Part shown: positions 47,901 to 59,151 of the stretch, piece after piece
Position numbering within the stretch: position 1 is the first letter of the stretch
Layout of the letters: each line of letters starts with the position of its first letter
Origin: an uncultured Chloroflexia bacterium
Lineage (GTDB): Bacteria > Chloroflexota > Limnocylindria > Limnocylindrales > CSP1-4
Direction: 5' to 3'
Assembly (NCBI GenBank): GCA_963801745.1
Contig: CAWDFY010000002.1
Coordinates: 108,885-172,884, forward strand
DNA length: 64,000 bases
Made by a program: the position numbers and the translations under genes
Notes under the pieces: generated by a model
Told to the model about the DNA's origin: nothing
Seen by the model: only the letters and a program-made list of their open reading frames with translations
The model's database searches: none

Positions 47901-48845
47901 ATGACCTCGCCGCCCAGGTTCCGGCTGATCGACGCGCCGTCACCGCTCCACCCGCTGCCGCGGTTCTCGGCGGCCCTCGGTGGCGGGGCGGAGGTCTGGG
48001 TCAAGCGCGAGGACCTGCTGCCGCTGGCGTTCGGCGGCAACAAGCTGCGCAACCTGGAGTTCCTCGTCGGGGCGGCGCTCGCCGAGGGCTGCGACACGCT
48101 CGTCACGAGCGGGCGGCGCTGGTCCAATCACGCCCGCCTGACGGCGGCGGCAGGGGCCAGGGCCGGGCTGGCGGTCCACCTCGTGCTGTCGGGTCCGCCG
48201 GTCGAGCCGGCCGGGCCCGGCATTCGCGTCGCCCGGGCGTTCGGCGCGACGATCCACCAGCTCGCGACCGCCGACCGGACCGAGCGCGACGCGCTGGTGC
48301 GACGCGTGGCGGAGCAGGTCGAAGCCGCGGGCGGCCACCCGTACGTCATCGGGACCGGTGGCTCGTCGGTGGTCGGCGCGTGGGGCCAGGTGCTGGCCGG
48401 TCGGGAGGTGGCCGCCCAGGCGGACGAGGTCGGGCTCGCGATCGACCGGATCGTGCTGCCGTCGGCGACCGGCGGGACCCACGCCGGCCTGCTCGTGGGC
48501 GTCCGCCCGCAAACGCGCGTCAGCGGCGTCATCGTGGCCCGGCCCGCCGCCGAGCTGCGCCCGCTGATCGCCGAGACGGTCGCGGGCCTCGGTGGCTCGA
48601 TCGAGCCCTCCGACATCGACCTCGACGAGACCCAGCTCGGCGCCGGCTACGGCCGACCGACCGCGGCCGGCGCGGAGGCCGCCGCGCTCATCGCCCGGAC
48701 CGAGGCGATCCTCGTCGACCCGATCTACACCGCCAAGGCGCTGGCCGGTCTCGTCGCGGGCGTCCGGTCGGGGGCCTGGGATGGCGAGCGCATCGTGTTC
48801 TGGCACGCGGGTGGCCTGCCGGGGCTGTTCGAGCCGCTCGACTGA
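47901..48845 (+). CDS. D-cysteine desulfhydrase/ACC deaminase family PLP enzyme
   Basis: VKREDL...GGNKLR, SNH, SATGGT.AG, DPIYTAK, WHAGG. Confidence 0.88.
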   Translation: MTSPPRFRLIDAPSPLHPLPRFSAALGGGAEVWVKREDLLPLAFGGNKLRNLEFLVGAALAEGCDTLVTSGRRWSNHARLTAAAGARAGLAVHLVLSGPPVEPAGPGIRVARAFGATIHQLATADRTERDALVRRVAEQVEAAGGHPYVIGTGGSSVVGAWGQVLAGREVAAQADEVGLAIDRIVLPSATGGTHAGLLVGVRPQTRVSGVIVARPAAELRPLIAETVAGLGGSIEPSDIDLDETQLGAGYGRPTAAGAEAAALIARTEAILVDPIYTAKALAGLVAGVRSGAWDGERIVFWHAGGLPGLFEPLD

Positions 48846-48863
48846 GGCGCCATACGGCGGCGG

Positions 48864-50060
48864 CTATTCCCCGGCCGACCGCCAGGCGTCGCGCAGCTTC
48901 ATCCGGCCGGCGGTCTGCAGCACGGCCCCGGCGTACACGCGAGCGCCGATCGTGAACAGCACCCAGATCGCGATCACGGTCAGCACGATCGAGATGAGCA
49001 CCTCGACCGGGCTGATCGCGTCGAAGGCCGCCCGCAGCGGCACCACGAACGGGGCCGAGGCCGGCACGAACGTCGCGATCGTGGCGACCGGGCCGTCCGG
49101 ATCGTTGATCACCGAGAAGACCGCCACGAAGTAGCTGATCATCGCGATCATCGTGACCGGGGTCGACGCGTTCGAGGCCTCCTCCATGCGCGACGCGAGC
49201 GCCCCCAGGAAGCCCAGTGCGGTCGAGTACAGCGTGTATCCGAGGATGAACCAGATCACCAGCTGGGCGATCGCATAAGGGGTCGTCGCGGGCAGCGTGA
49301 ACCGGTCGGTGGCGACCGCCGCCCCGAGCGCCGCGACCACGAACACCAGCAGCTGGACCAGGCCGAGGACGCCGATCCCGAGGACCTTGCCCATCAGCAG
49401 GTCGCGTGGCCGAACGGTCGAGAGGACCACCTCCACGACCCGGCTCTGCTTCTCCTCCACCACGCCGGTGAGCACCGTGAAGCCGAAGCTGAAGATCGCC
49501 ACGAGGATCAGCACCGCCCCGATGTTGGCGAACAGGAACCGCGACTCGTCTGCCTCGGTCTGCGGGTCGAGCGACTCGACCGTCGGCGTCCCCTGGGCGC
49601 CGGCCAACGCCCCGGGGTCGACCCCCGAATCGGTCATGACGGCTTGCACGCGGAGCGCGACGACGGCCGCCGACACGATCTGCGTCGCGACCTGATCGGG
49701 CTCCTGGGCGAAGCGGATCTCGCCCGCCGACGAGAGGTCCGCCGGGATCTCCGCCACGGCGTCGACCGTTTCGGCCTCGAGGGCGGCGTCGGCCGCGGCG
49801 GCGTCGGGATACGTCTCGACCTCGACCTGTTGCTCGACCTGCGCGGCGGTCGCCAGGATGGCGGCGTCGAGGCCCGGCGGCGCCGGTTCGACGATGCCGA
49901 TCACCGTGGCGTCCTCGTCGCCGAACAGGATCGACGGGACGACGAACGAACCGACGACGAGCAGGGTCGTGAAGAGCACCGAGAAGATGAACCCGCGGCT
50001 GCGTCCGCGCTCGAGGATCTCGCGCTTCGCGACCAGCCAGACGCTCCGCCATCGGCTCAT
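48864..50060 (-). CDS. ABC-2 permease (NatB/YhaP-like)
   Basis: VAKRE, VVEEKQSRVVEVVLS, GKVLG, multiple TM segments. Confidence 0.9.
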   Translation of the reverse strand: MSRWRSVWLVAKREILERGRSRGFIFSVLFTTLLVVGSFVVPSILFGDEDATVIGIVEPAPPGLDAAILATAAQVEQQVEVETYPDAAAADAALEAETVDAVAEIPADLSSAGEIRFAQEPDQVATQIVSAAVVALRVQAVMTDSGVDPGALAGAQGTPTVESLDPQTEADESRFLFANIGAVLILVAIFSFGFTVLTGVVEEKQSRVVEVVLSTVRPRDLLMGKVLGIGVLGLVQLLVFVVAALGAAVATDRFTLPATTPYAIAQLVIWFILGYTLYSTALGFLGALASRMEEASNASTPVTMIAMISYFVAVFSVINDPDGPVATIATFVPASAPFVVPLRAAFDAISPVEVLISIVLTVIAIWVLFTIGARVYAGAVLQTAGRMKLRDAWRSAGE

Positions 50061-50980
50061 GGGCCGTCCTCCCCGGCGCCGACCGGCGCCGCCGGCGTGA
50101 TCGCCTCCATGAACAGCTCCGACAGCTTGGGCGGCTGGTAGGCGAACGTGCGGACCTCGCCCGCAGAGCGAGCTCGCGCCAGCATGGCATCGAGGTCGAC
50201 GTCGTCCCGCACCAGCAGCTTCACGCGATCGCCGGCGCGCTCGAGCACCGTGAGCGAGCCGTCACCGTCGAGCCACGTGCCGTCGGACCCGACGACCTCG
50301 ACCTCGAGGTGGCGTCGACCCGAGCGCGCCTTCAGCTCGTCGATCGCGCCGGCCGCCACGATCCGGCCCCGGGCGATGATCACCACGTCCTGGCAGACGT
50401 CCTCGACGAGGTCGAGCTGGTGGCTCGAGAACACCACGCCCACGCCCGCTGCGGCGCGCTCGTGGATCACCTCGGTCATCGTCGCCACGCCGATCGGGTC
50501 GAGCCCGGAGAAGGGCTCGTCGAGGACCAGCAGCTCCGGGTCGTGGGCGAGGGCGACGGCCAGCTGGATGCGCTGCTGGTTGCCGTGCGACAGCTCCTCG
50601 AGCTTGGACTTGGCGCGGTCGTCGAGACCCATGCGCTCGAGCCAGCGCGTCGCGGCGGCGTTCGCATCGCGGCCCGACAGCCCGTGCTGCTGGGCGAAGT
50701 AGCTCATCTGCTCGCCGACCCGCATCCGTGGGTACAGGCCGCGCTGCTCGGGCATGTAGCCGAACCGGAGGCGGGCGTCACGACCGACCGGCGCGCCCCC
50801 CCAGCGCACCTCCCCGCGGTCGGGCCTGACCAGACCGAAGACGCACCGCATCGTCGTGGTCTTGCCGGCCCCGTTCGGCCCGAGGAACCCGACCACCCGT
50901 CCGGGCCGCGCCTCGAAGCTCGCGCCGTCGAGCGCGACCACCGGTCCGTAGCGTTTCGCCAGATCGACGATCTCGAGCAT
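50057..50980 (-). CDS. ABC transporter ATP-binding protein (YhaQ-like)
   Basis: GPNGAGKTT, LSHGNQQR, LDEPFSGLD, SSH. Confidence 0.92.
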   Translation of the reverse strand: MLEIVDLAKRYGPVVALDGASFEARPGRVVGFLGPNGAGKTTTMRCVFGLVRPDRGEVRWGGAPVGRDARLRFGYMPEQRGLYPRMRVGEQMSYFAQQHGLSGRDANAAATRWLERMGLDDRAKSKLEELSHGNQQRIQLAVALAHDPELLVLDEPFSGLDPIGVATMTEVIHERAAAGVGVVFSSHQLDLVEDVCQDVVIIARGRIVAAGAIDELKARSGRRHLEVEVVGSDGTWLDGDGSLTVLERAGDRVKLLVRDDVDLDAMLARARSAGEVRTFAYQPPKLSELFMEAITPAAPVGAGEDGP

Positions 50981-51003
50981 CGCCTTCCTAGGGTACAGAA
51001 GGA

Positions 51004-51038
51004 ACGACCCCGGCCTTCTCGATGAAGGCCGGGGTCGT
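51004..51038 (-). terminator. Strong hairpin, probable terminator of the cupredoxin gene
   Basis: ACGACCCCGGCCTTC-tcgat-GAAGGCCGGGGTCGT, a 15-bp perfect stem followed by TCCTTCT on the minus strand. Confidence 0.65.
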
Positions 51039-51071
51039 CGGGTAGGGAGGGCGCTCGGGATGGCGGGGAGG

Positions 51072-51467
51072 CTAGCTGGCGGTCAGCGTCCCGGTCATGT
51101 TCGGGTGGACCTCGCACCAGAACTGGTACGCACCGGCGGCCAGCGCCGGAACGGCATTCGTGACCTGGCCCTTGTTGATGATCTCGCCCTTGAAGACGGT
51201 CGCGCCGGAGCCGTCCTTGATCGCGATGTTGTGCGGGACGTCCTCCTGGTTGTCGAGGACGATGTCGGTGGCCGTGTCGGCCGGGATCGTGACGGCGGTC
51301 GGCGTGAACGCGATGTCCTTCGCGACGATGACGACCCCGTCACCGGTGGCGGGGGAGCCGCCGGGGCTGGCCGGCGCGCCGGTGGCGGGTGCCGCCGAGC
51401 CGCTGGAACAGGCGACGGTGAGGAAGGCGACGGCGGCGAGGCCGAGACCCAGGACGAGACGCTTCAT
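51072..51467 (-). CDS. Cupredoxin (type 1 copper) lipoprotein
   Basis: Lipobox TVAC, PHNI, YQFWCEVHPNMTG (H, C, H, M ligands); AGGAG RBS. Confidence 0.88.
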   Translation of the reverse strand: MKRLVLGLGLAAVAFLTVACSSGSAAPATGAPASPGGSPATGDGVVIVAKDIAFTPTAVTIPADTATDIVLDNQEDVPHNIAIKDGSGATVFKGEIINKGQVTNAVPALAAGAYQFWCEVHPNMTGTLTAS

Positions 51468-51492
51468 GCGGCGGGCTCCTTCGGGCAAGCGA

Positions 51493-51518
51493 CGAGCCGC
51501 GTCGATCGACGCGGCTCG
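51493..51518. promoter_or_regulatory. Perfect 26-bp palindrome
   Basis: CGAGCCGCGTCGA|TCGACGCGGCTCG between the membrane-protein gene and the cupredoxin gene. Confidence 0.55.
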
Positions 51519-51559
51519 GCGGAGGTTCGTGGTGAGCGGTACGAGAACGATACGACGGA

Positions 51560-51988
51560 TCAGGCGCCGGCGCCCGCCGCGCCGCGGTTGCGGGCGACGA
51601 GGGCGGTCAGGCTGGCCAGCTCGCGCTTGACGACCGCGACGGGGTTGCCGTCCATGCGGGCGAAGTCGATGGCGACGAGCGCGATCAGCGCGACCTCGAT
51701 GCCCTTCGCGATGTACGCGGTCTGGTAGTACGGGCCCTGGATCGCCCATCCGAGGATGGTGGTCGCCGCGTAGCCCATGAGGCCGAGGCGGATGAACCAG
51801 CGGAAGCGGACCGCGAGCGCCAGCGGGATGACCATCGCCACGGCGGCGGTGAAGTAGCCCACGGCGTTCAGCGTGAACAGCAGGCCACCCAGCTTCAGGT
51901 GGATGTACCCGGTGGCGAGCGCGAGCGCGACGATCGCGGCGCGGATGACGACGTCGGAAGCGCGGAGGGGCGTTCGAGTGGCGAACAT
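51560..51988 (-). CDS. Small four-TM membrane protein of unknown function
   Basis: ALATGYIHL..GG.LF.LNAVGY...AYIAKGIE; hydrophobic helices. Confidence 0.75.
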   Translation of the reverse strand: MFATRTPLRASDVVIRAAIVALALATGYIHLKLGGLLFTLNAVGYFTAAVAMVIPLALAVRFRWFIRLGLMGYAATTILGWAIQGPYYQTAYIAKGIEVALIALVAIDFARMDGNPVAVVKRELASLTALVARNRGAAGAGA

Positions 51989-52105
51989 CGGTGTCGGGAC
52001 CTCGTGACTGCGGTGGGCCGGGTCGTGTCCGGTTGTGAGGGCATGGTCCCGTGCCGCCCTCCCGCCTGGCCCCCGGCAAGGGACGCCGAATGGGCCGGAC
52101 GCTCG

Positions 52106-52159
52106 GCCTGCGTCATCGTCGCCGCTCGTCGACGGAGCCCCTCGGCCGGATGACGTAGC
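52106..52159. promoter_or_regulatory. Inverted pair of the motif GATGACG(T/C)AG, candidate NarL-type regulator sites
   Basis: gcctgcgtcatc (52106-52117) and ggatgacgtagc (52148-52159); a third copy ggatgacgtagg lies at 57858-57869. Confidence 0.45.
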
Positions 52160-52216
52160 CGCCACGGCCGAACGGCGATGCCCCATGTTCAGCGGTGCGG
52201 CGTATCCTCACGGCCG

Positions 52217-55200
52217 ATGACCGCCCCGTCCCGACGTCGACGCGCGTCCACGCCCCCGCCCGAGCCGTCCAGTCCGCCCGCCAAGCGATCGAAGCCGGCT
52301 GCGTCCGCACCGACCGAGCACAAGACCAAGGCCAAGGCCGGCACCGCCAAGGCCTCCTCGACGGCCCCCCGTCCCGCGCGGTCGCCCGATCCCGATGGTG
52401 GCGACGGCCTGATCCACAAGCTGCTCACGGCGGCGGTCGAGGAGACCGCGCGACTCCTCGAGGTCGACGGCGCGATGGTCTACCTCGTCGATCCCGCCAC
52501 CGGCCACCTCAAGTTCGCGCACGATGCCGGGATCAAGCGCGCACGCACGCGCGAGTGGATCCGCTCCATCGACCTCGCGCCGGGCGTCGGCATGTTCGGT
52601 CGTGCCGTGGCAGACCGAGCCGTCGTGATGACCCGCGACTACCGCCACGACGCGTCGTTCCGGCACGCCTCCCGGACGGACCGCGTGGTGGACGACCTCG
52701 GCATCATGTCGATGGTCGTCGCGCCGCTCGTCGCGGGAGACGAGGTGTTCGGGGCACTCGGTGCGTTCTCGCGACGGGTCGATTCGTTCGACGCGGCCCA
52801 GGTCGCGCTGGTCCGGTCCCTTGCCGAGCATGCGGCCAGCGCGATGGCGAACGCCCGGCTCATCGAGGAGCTCGACCGCTCGCGCCAGGAGCTCGACCGC
52901 TCTCGCGGGGATCTCCAGCTCCGGGCCGAGGCGGAACAGGCGCTCCGCGAGATCGCCGCCCGCATCACGGCCCTGCGCGACCCGGCCGAGATCCTCCAGG
53001 AGGTGGTCGAGCTGGCCAGCCGGCTGGTCGGCGGCGAAGGCGCCATCCTCGACCTGTTCGACCCGCCCACCGGTCTCCTGCGCTGGGCGTACGACGACGG
53101 CCTCGGCCGGCTGTTCAGCGACGAGGAGCGAGCCAAGCTGTGGATCTCGGTCGGCGAGGGCGCCACCGGTGTGGCCGTCGCCGAGGACCGCGTCGTCGTC
53201 GCCGGCGACGACCTCCCGTCGCTGTTCCCGCCGGGACCCGAGAACAGCGAGTTCTACCGGCGCACCGGCTTCCGCTCGATGATCGCCGCGCCGATCACCG
53301 GCGAAGGGGGACCGCTCGGCGTGATCGAGGTCTATGCGGTCAGGCCCGATGCGTTCGACGACGCCGACGCCACGCTCATCCGGGCGCTGACCGGCCAGGC
53401 CGCCATCGCCATCACCAACGCCCGCCTCATCACCGAGCTCGCCGACTCGCGGGCGGCCCTCGCGCGGACCGCCGAGGCCGAGCGGACGCTGCGCGAGATC
53501 GCCGCGAGCGTCAGCGCGATGCGCGACAAGGACGAGATCCTCCAAGCCGTCGTCGACGCAGCGACCCGGCTGCTCCGGTCGGGCGGCGCGATGATCGACC
53601 TCATCGATCAGGTCCAGGCCTCGGGTGGCGCGTACCGCCACACCGATGAGCGGCTGATCGAGAACGAGCGGTTCCTCGAGGACGTCGAGCTCGAGCTCGA
53701 CGCCGGCGTGTCCGGGCTGACGCTCCGGACAGGCAAGGTCGAGTGGACCGGCGACTATGTCGCCGACCAGCGCTTCGCCCACACCCCGGAACGCGACGAC
53801 TTCGTGCGCGAGAGCGGCACCCGGTCGGTCATCGCCGCGCCCCTGCTCAGCCGCGGCGAGGTCATCGGCGCGATCACCGCGTACTCCGACCGGGAGGACG
53901 CGTTCGACGAGCAGGACGGCGCGGTCCTGACCGGCCTCGCCGACCAGGCGGCGGTCGCGATCGCCAACGTCACCCTGATCGGCGAGCTCGAGCGGTCGCG
54001 CGAGGAGAACGCCCGTCGCGCCGACGCCGAGCGGACCCTTCGCGAGATCGCCGTCCGTGTGTCGTCGATCCTCGACCCGACGGAGGTGCTCGACCGGATC
54101 GTCGTCGAGGCGGCCCGCCTGCTCGAGTCGGACGGCTCACGCATCGATCTGTGGGACGAGGAAACGAGATCCCTGTTGTGGGCCTACTCGGCCGGCGACG
54201 CGATGCGCAACGTCCCCGACTGGGGCAAGAGCGACGGCCTCAAGCCCGGCCAGGCGGTGGCCGGGCTGGCCTTCGCCGAGCAACGCCCCTACATGACCGA
54301 CGACTACCTCGCCGACGATCGGTTCCACACGACGCCCGAGATCAAGGCGTTCATCACCCAGGCCGGCATCCGGGCCGTCATCGCCGTCCCGCTGACGGGG
54401 GAGGACGCGCGGCCGCTCGGCGTGCTCTCGGTCGTCTCGCGCGAGCCCGGGACCTATACCGACGCCGATGTCGAGACGCTCTCGGCGCTCGCGACCCACG
54501 CCTCGATCGCGATCGTGAACGCCAACCTGATGGAGGCGCTGGCCCGCTCGCAGACCGACGTCGAGCGGCGTGCCGATGCGGAGCGCAGCCTGCGCCAGAT
54601 CGCCACGCGCATCACCGCGCTGCGCGAGCCGGATGAGGTCCTCCAGGACGTCGTCGACGAGGCGCGCCGGCTGCTCCGCGCGGACGGCGCCGTGATCGAC
54701 CAGTACGACCCCGAGCGCGAGACGCCTGATCTGGGCGTACGACGCGGGGCTGCCCGTCGAGCAGCGCGAGGCGCTCAAGATGAACAGCCTCCGGCTCGGG
54801 CAGGGCGTGTCCGGCAAGGCCGTGGCCGAGCGCCGGGTCATCCACGTCGGCGACTACAGCACCGCCGAGTTCGAGCACGACGACCTGACCGACTCGCTGG
54901 CCGAGCTCTCGTCGGTCCGCGACCTCATCGCCGCCCCGATCATCGGCGAGGCCGGGCCGCTCGGCGCGATCGAGGTCATCAGCCACGACCCCGACTCATT
55001 CGACGAGCTCGATGCCACGGTGCTCGGCAGCCTTGCCGAGCAGGCCGCGATCGCGATCACCAACGCGCGGCTCATCGACGAGCTCGAGCGATCGCGCGTG
55101 GCCCTCGCCCGCCGGGCCGAGACCGAGCGCTCGCTGCGCGACATCACGGCCCGCATCGCCGCCCTGCGCGACCCGGACGAGGTCCTCGAGCGCGTCGTCG

Positions 55201-57868
55201 AGGACGCGAAACGCCTGCTCGAGACCGATGGCGCCCACCTGACGCGGATGGCCCCGACCGGCGGCTACCTGATCCCGGTCGTGGTCGCCGGCGGCGCGGA
55301 CGCCGCGATCCGCGACTGGCTCATGAGCAAGCGGTTCCCGCTCGGTGGCGGGATCAACGGCCTTGCGGCCCAGGACGGCGTGCCGGTCTGGACGTCGGAC
55401 TACCTGACCGATCCGCGGATCCCGCACGAGCCCGACGACCAGGACGTGGCCCGCCGGATGGGCCTCGTCGGCATGGCTGCGGCGCCGCTGCGGGCGCCCG
55501 GGGGCGACGTCATCGGGACGCTCGCGATCTCGACCGCCGAGCCACGGACGTTCGAGGCCGACGACCTCGACCTGCTCCAGGGTCTCGCCGACCAGGCCGC
55601 GATCGCGCTGACCAACTCGAACCTGCTCGCGCGGGTGACCCACGAGGAGGCGCGCTTCCGAGGACTGGTCCAGACGACGCCCGACGTCATCTGGCGCGCC
55701 GACGGCGACGGCGTCTTCACGTTCATGGCCGACTCGGGCCGAGCACTCTTCGGCTGGCCGATCGAGAAGATCGTCGGTGAGCACTTCGGCTTCCTGACCC
55801 ACCCCGACTCGATGCCGATCGCGCGCGAGACGTTCCAGGCCGTGGGCCGCGACCCGGACCTCGTCGAGCGGATCCCGCTGGTCCTCGTCCGGCAGGACGG
55901 TTCGACGTTCGCCGCCGAGGTCACGACGGCCGGCGTCTTCGAGGACGGCGCCTGGGTCGGCGCCCAGGGCACGGTCCGCGACGTGTCCGAACGGGCCCGC
56001 CTCGAGCGCGAGCTGCGCGAGTCGGAGGAGCGCTACCGGTACCTCGTCCAGAACGCGCCGGACCTCATCTGGTCGATGGGCGCGGACGCCCGCCTGACGT
56101 TCCTGTCGGACGCGGTCGAGCGGTTGACCGGCTTCCGACCCGACGAGCTGCTCGGCCAGCACTTCGGCGCGCTCGTCCACGAATCGTCGCGGGACGTCGC
56201 CGAGATCGACTGGACGGCCGCCCTCCAGTCGCAGCACCAGGAGGTCCGCGGCCGGCTCAACCTCCAGCATCGCGACGGCTCGGCGGTCCCGGCCGAGTTC
56301 ATCGCGCTGGCCAGCCTGGACGAGGCGGGCGCGTTCGCCGGGGCCAACGGATCGGTCCGCGACATGCGCGAGCGCGACCGGCTCGAGCGCGACCTGCGGG
56401 CGTCCGAGGATCGCTACCGCAACCTCGCGTCGTCATCGCCCGACATGGTCTTCGCGACCGACGCCGAGGGCCGCTACACGTTCCTCTCCGATCGGGCCTT
56501 CACGATGCTCGGCTGGGATCTGGAGAGCAGCCTGGGACGCCCGTTCTTCGAGCGCGTCGCGCCGGGCTGGGAGGCCGCGGCCGCCGCCAGCTACGAGGCG
56601 GTCCTGGCCGATCCGACGACGGTCCACTCCATCCGCATGGATTTCCTCGACGGGTCGGGCGCACCGCGCGAGCTCGAGATCAACGTCCTGGGCAAGGTCG
56701 ACGACGGCGAGCTGGTCGGGATCAACGGCGTCGCCCGCGACATCTCCGAGCGGCTCCGCCTCGAGCGCGAGCTGCAGCCAGTCGGAGGAGCGCTACCGGT
56801 TCCTCGTCCAGAACTCGCCGGACATCGTGTTCTCGACCGACGCCGAGGGCCGCTTCACGTTCCTCTCCGATGCCATCGAGCGCCTCCTCGGGTACCACTC
56901 GGCGGACGTCATCGGCCAGCATTTCTCATCGCTCGTCGACCAGACCACGATGCCGCTCGCGGGCAATCGCTGGGCGGAGCTCGTCGCCGACCCCGACCGC
57001 GAGCAGCAGGCCAACCTCGTCCTGCGCGGCGTCGACGGCCGGATGGTCCCGGTCGACGTGCGGGCGATCGGGGTCACGGACGGTGACGCGTTCGCCGGCA
57101 TCCAGGGCGCGAGCCGCGACGTCAGCGACCAGGTGCGGCTCGAGAGCGAGCTCCGCCGGCAGGCCGGCGAGCTGGCCGCCGGCGAGGAGCGCGCCCACCT
57201 CGCCCGGGAGCTGCACGACTCGGTCACGCAGGCGCTGTTCTCGATGACGCTCGTGACGCGCTCGGTCGAGATGCTGCTCGACCGCGACCCGGACGCAGCC
57301 CGCGGCGCAGCTGACCCAGCTGCGCGAGCTCCAGCGCGAGGCGCTCGCCGAGATGCGGGCGCTGATCTTCGAGCTGCGGCCCGGGCAACCTCGAGCAGGA
57401 CGGCCTCGTCCGCGCGCTCAAGACCCACGCGTCGGCCCTCCAGGGCCGGCTCGGCCTGCCGATCGTCGTCGAGAGCGACCTGACCGACCGCCTGCCGCTG
57501 CCGGCCGAGGAGGTCCTCTACCGCATCGCCCAGGAGGCGCTCCACAACGTCGTCAAGCACGCCGCGGCGCGGCAGGTCCGGGTCGACGTCCGCGATCACG
57601 AGGGCGGCGCCCGCCTCCGGGTCGAGGACGACGGCAAGGGCTTCGACCCCGACAGCGTCCCCGACGGGCATCTCGGGCTGGCCGGGATGCGCGCCCGGTC
57701 CGAGCGGGTCGGCGCGCACGTTCTCGTGCACGAGCAAGCCCGGCGAGGGGACGACGATCGAGGTCGTGATGAGCGCCCGACGTGCTGGACCGGGCTGGCC
57801 GCGGCGACCGGCATGCCGCGGGCGGGCGGCACGCTCGACCCGGCCCCGATCCGCGACGGATGACGTAG
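52217..57868 (+). CDS. Very large cytoplasmic sensor histidine kinase: 6 GAF + 4 PAS + HisKA_3 + HATPase (broken by about 5 indels)
   Basis: Six GAF units ending A..A..A(I/M/L)xN; PAS units (PDVIW, PDLIW, PDMVF, PDIVF); EERAHLARELHDSVTQ; YRIAQEALHNVVKHA, DDGKGF, GLAGMR; frame switches near 54723, 56779, 57310, 57385 and 57720; exact stop uncertain. Confidence 0.85.
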
Positions 57869-57948
57869 GCGGACCTGTCGTTCTGCCGACACTTGGCCCC
57901 GGCGAAGGTCTCTTCCTCCGTGCACCCCTGGAGCCCCACCATGGGGCC

Positions 57949-58371
57949 ATGTCTCAACCCAGTCCCCGGTACGACGGCCCTCTCCGCGTCCTGGTCGTCG
58001 ACGCCGATGACCGGGTGCGAGAAAGCCTCACCGGTCTCCTCGCCATCGGTGGCCGGTGCATGGTCGTCGCCAGCGCCGGCCAGGTCGGGCCGGCCCTCGA
58101 CCTCGCCATCGACCACCAGCCCGACGTGGTCATCGTCGACCCGCGGCTGCCGGAGGTCGACGGCGGCATCGCGTTCATCGCCAGCTTGCGCGCGCAGCTG
58201 CCGTCGGTGCGCATCCTCGCGATGGGCTGGTCGGACACGCTCGAGGCCGACGTGATCGACAGCGGGGCCGACGGTTTCGTGCGCAAGACCTTCCGTCCGA
58301 CCGAGCTGGTCGCCGCGGTCCTGGCGACCACCCACGGCCCTGACTCGCACCCCGCCTCCGGCGCCGCCTGA
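57949..58371 (+). CDS. Single-domain response regulator
   Basis: LRVLVVDAD, PDVVIVDPRLPEVDG, GADGFVRK. Confidence 0.82.
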   Translation: MSQPSPRYDGPLRVLVVDADDRVRESLTGLLAIGGRCMVVASAGQVGPALDLAIDHQPDVVIVDPRLPEVDGGIAFIASLRAQLPSVRILAMGWSDTLEADVIDSGADGFVRKTFRPTELVAAVLATTHGPDSHPASGAA

Positions 58372-58461
58372 GGGCAGGCCGACGGTCCTTTGCTAGACTC
58401 CGTGGCGCCCCCCGAAGCGCTCTTCCCGTCAACGGTGCCCACAGCTGCGCCAGGAGCCGAC

Positions 58462-59128
58462 GTGACCGAAACCTCGCGCGATCCGCGTCCTCATCGTCGA
58501 CGACCATTCGGTCGTCCGGATGGGGCTCAAGATGTTCTTCGACCTGCAGGCCGACATCGAGGTCGTCGGCGAGGCCGCCGACGGCTCCGAGGGCGTGGCG
58601 ATGGCCCGCCGCCTCGAGCCGGATGTCGTGCTCATGGACCTGCTGATGCCGAACATGGACGGCGTGACCGCCATCGGCCGGATCAAGGCGGAGCGCCCCG
58701 AGACCGAGATCGTGACGATGACCTCGTTCATCGAGGAGGAGAAGGTCACCTCCGCGCTCGAGGCCGGCGCGTCCGGCTACGTGCTCAAGGACGCCGAGGC
58801 CGAGGAGGTCGCCGCCGCGGTGCGCGCCGCGTACGCCGGCGAGGTCCATCTCGACCCGGCGGTCGCGCGGCTGCTCGCCCAGCGGATGCGAGCCAAGAAG
58901 TCGCCCGAGGAGGAGCTCGCCGAGCCGCTGACCGATCGCGAGAAGGACGTGCTCCGCCTGCTCGGGCAGGGGATGAGCAACAAGGAGATCGGCACCGAGC
59001 TGTTCATCACCGAGCGGACGGCCCGGACCTACGTGTCGAACATCCTCGGCAAGCTCGGGCTGGCGTCGCGCACCCAGGCCGCGCTGTACGCGGTCGAGCA
59101 CAAGCTGGTCGACGGCCCCAAGGCCTAG
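58462..59128 (+). CDS. NarL/LuxR family response regulator (indel near the start)
   Basis: IRVLIVDDH, PDVVLMDLLMP, GYVLKD, LTDREKDVL...SNKEI...SNILGKLG; GGAG before GTG 58462. Confidence 0.92.
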
Positions 59129-59151
59129 CCGACCCGTCGGTCCGAGGGTCG

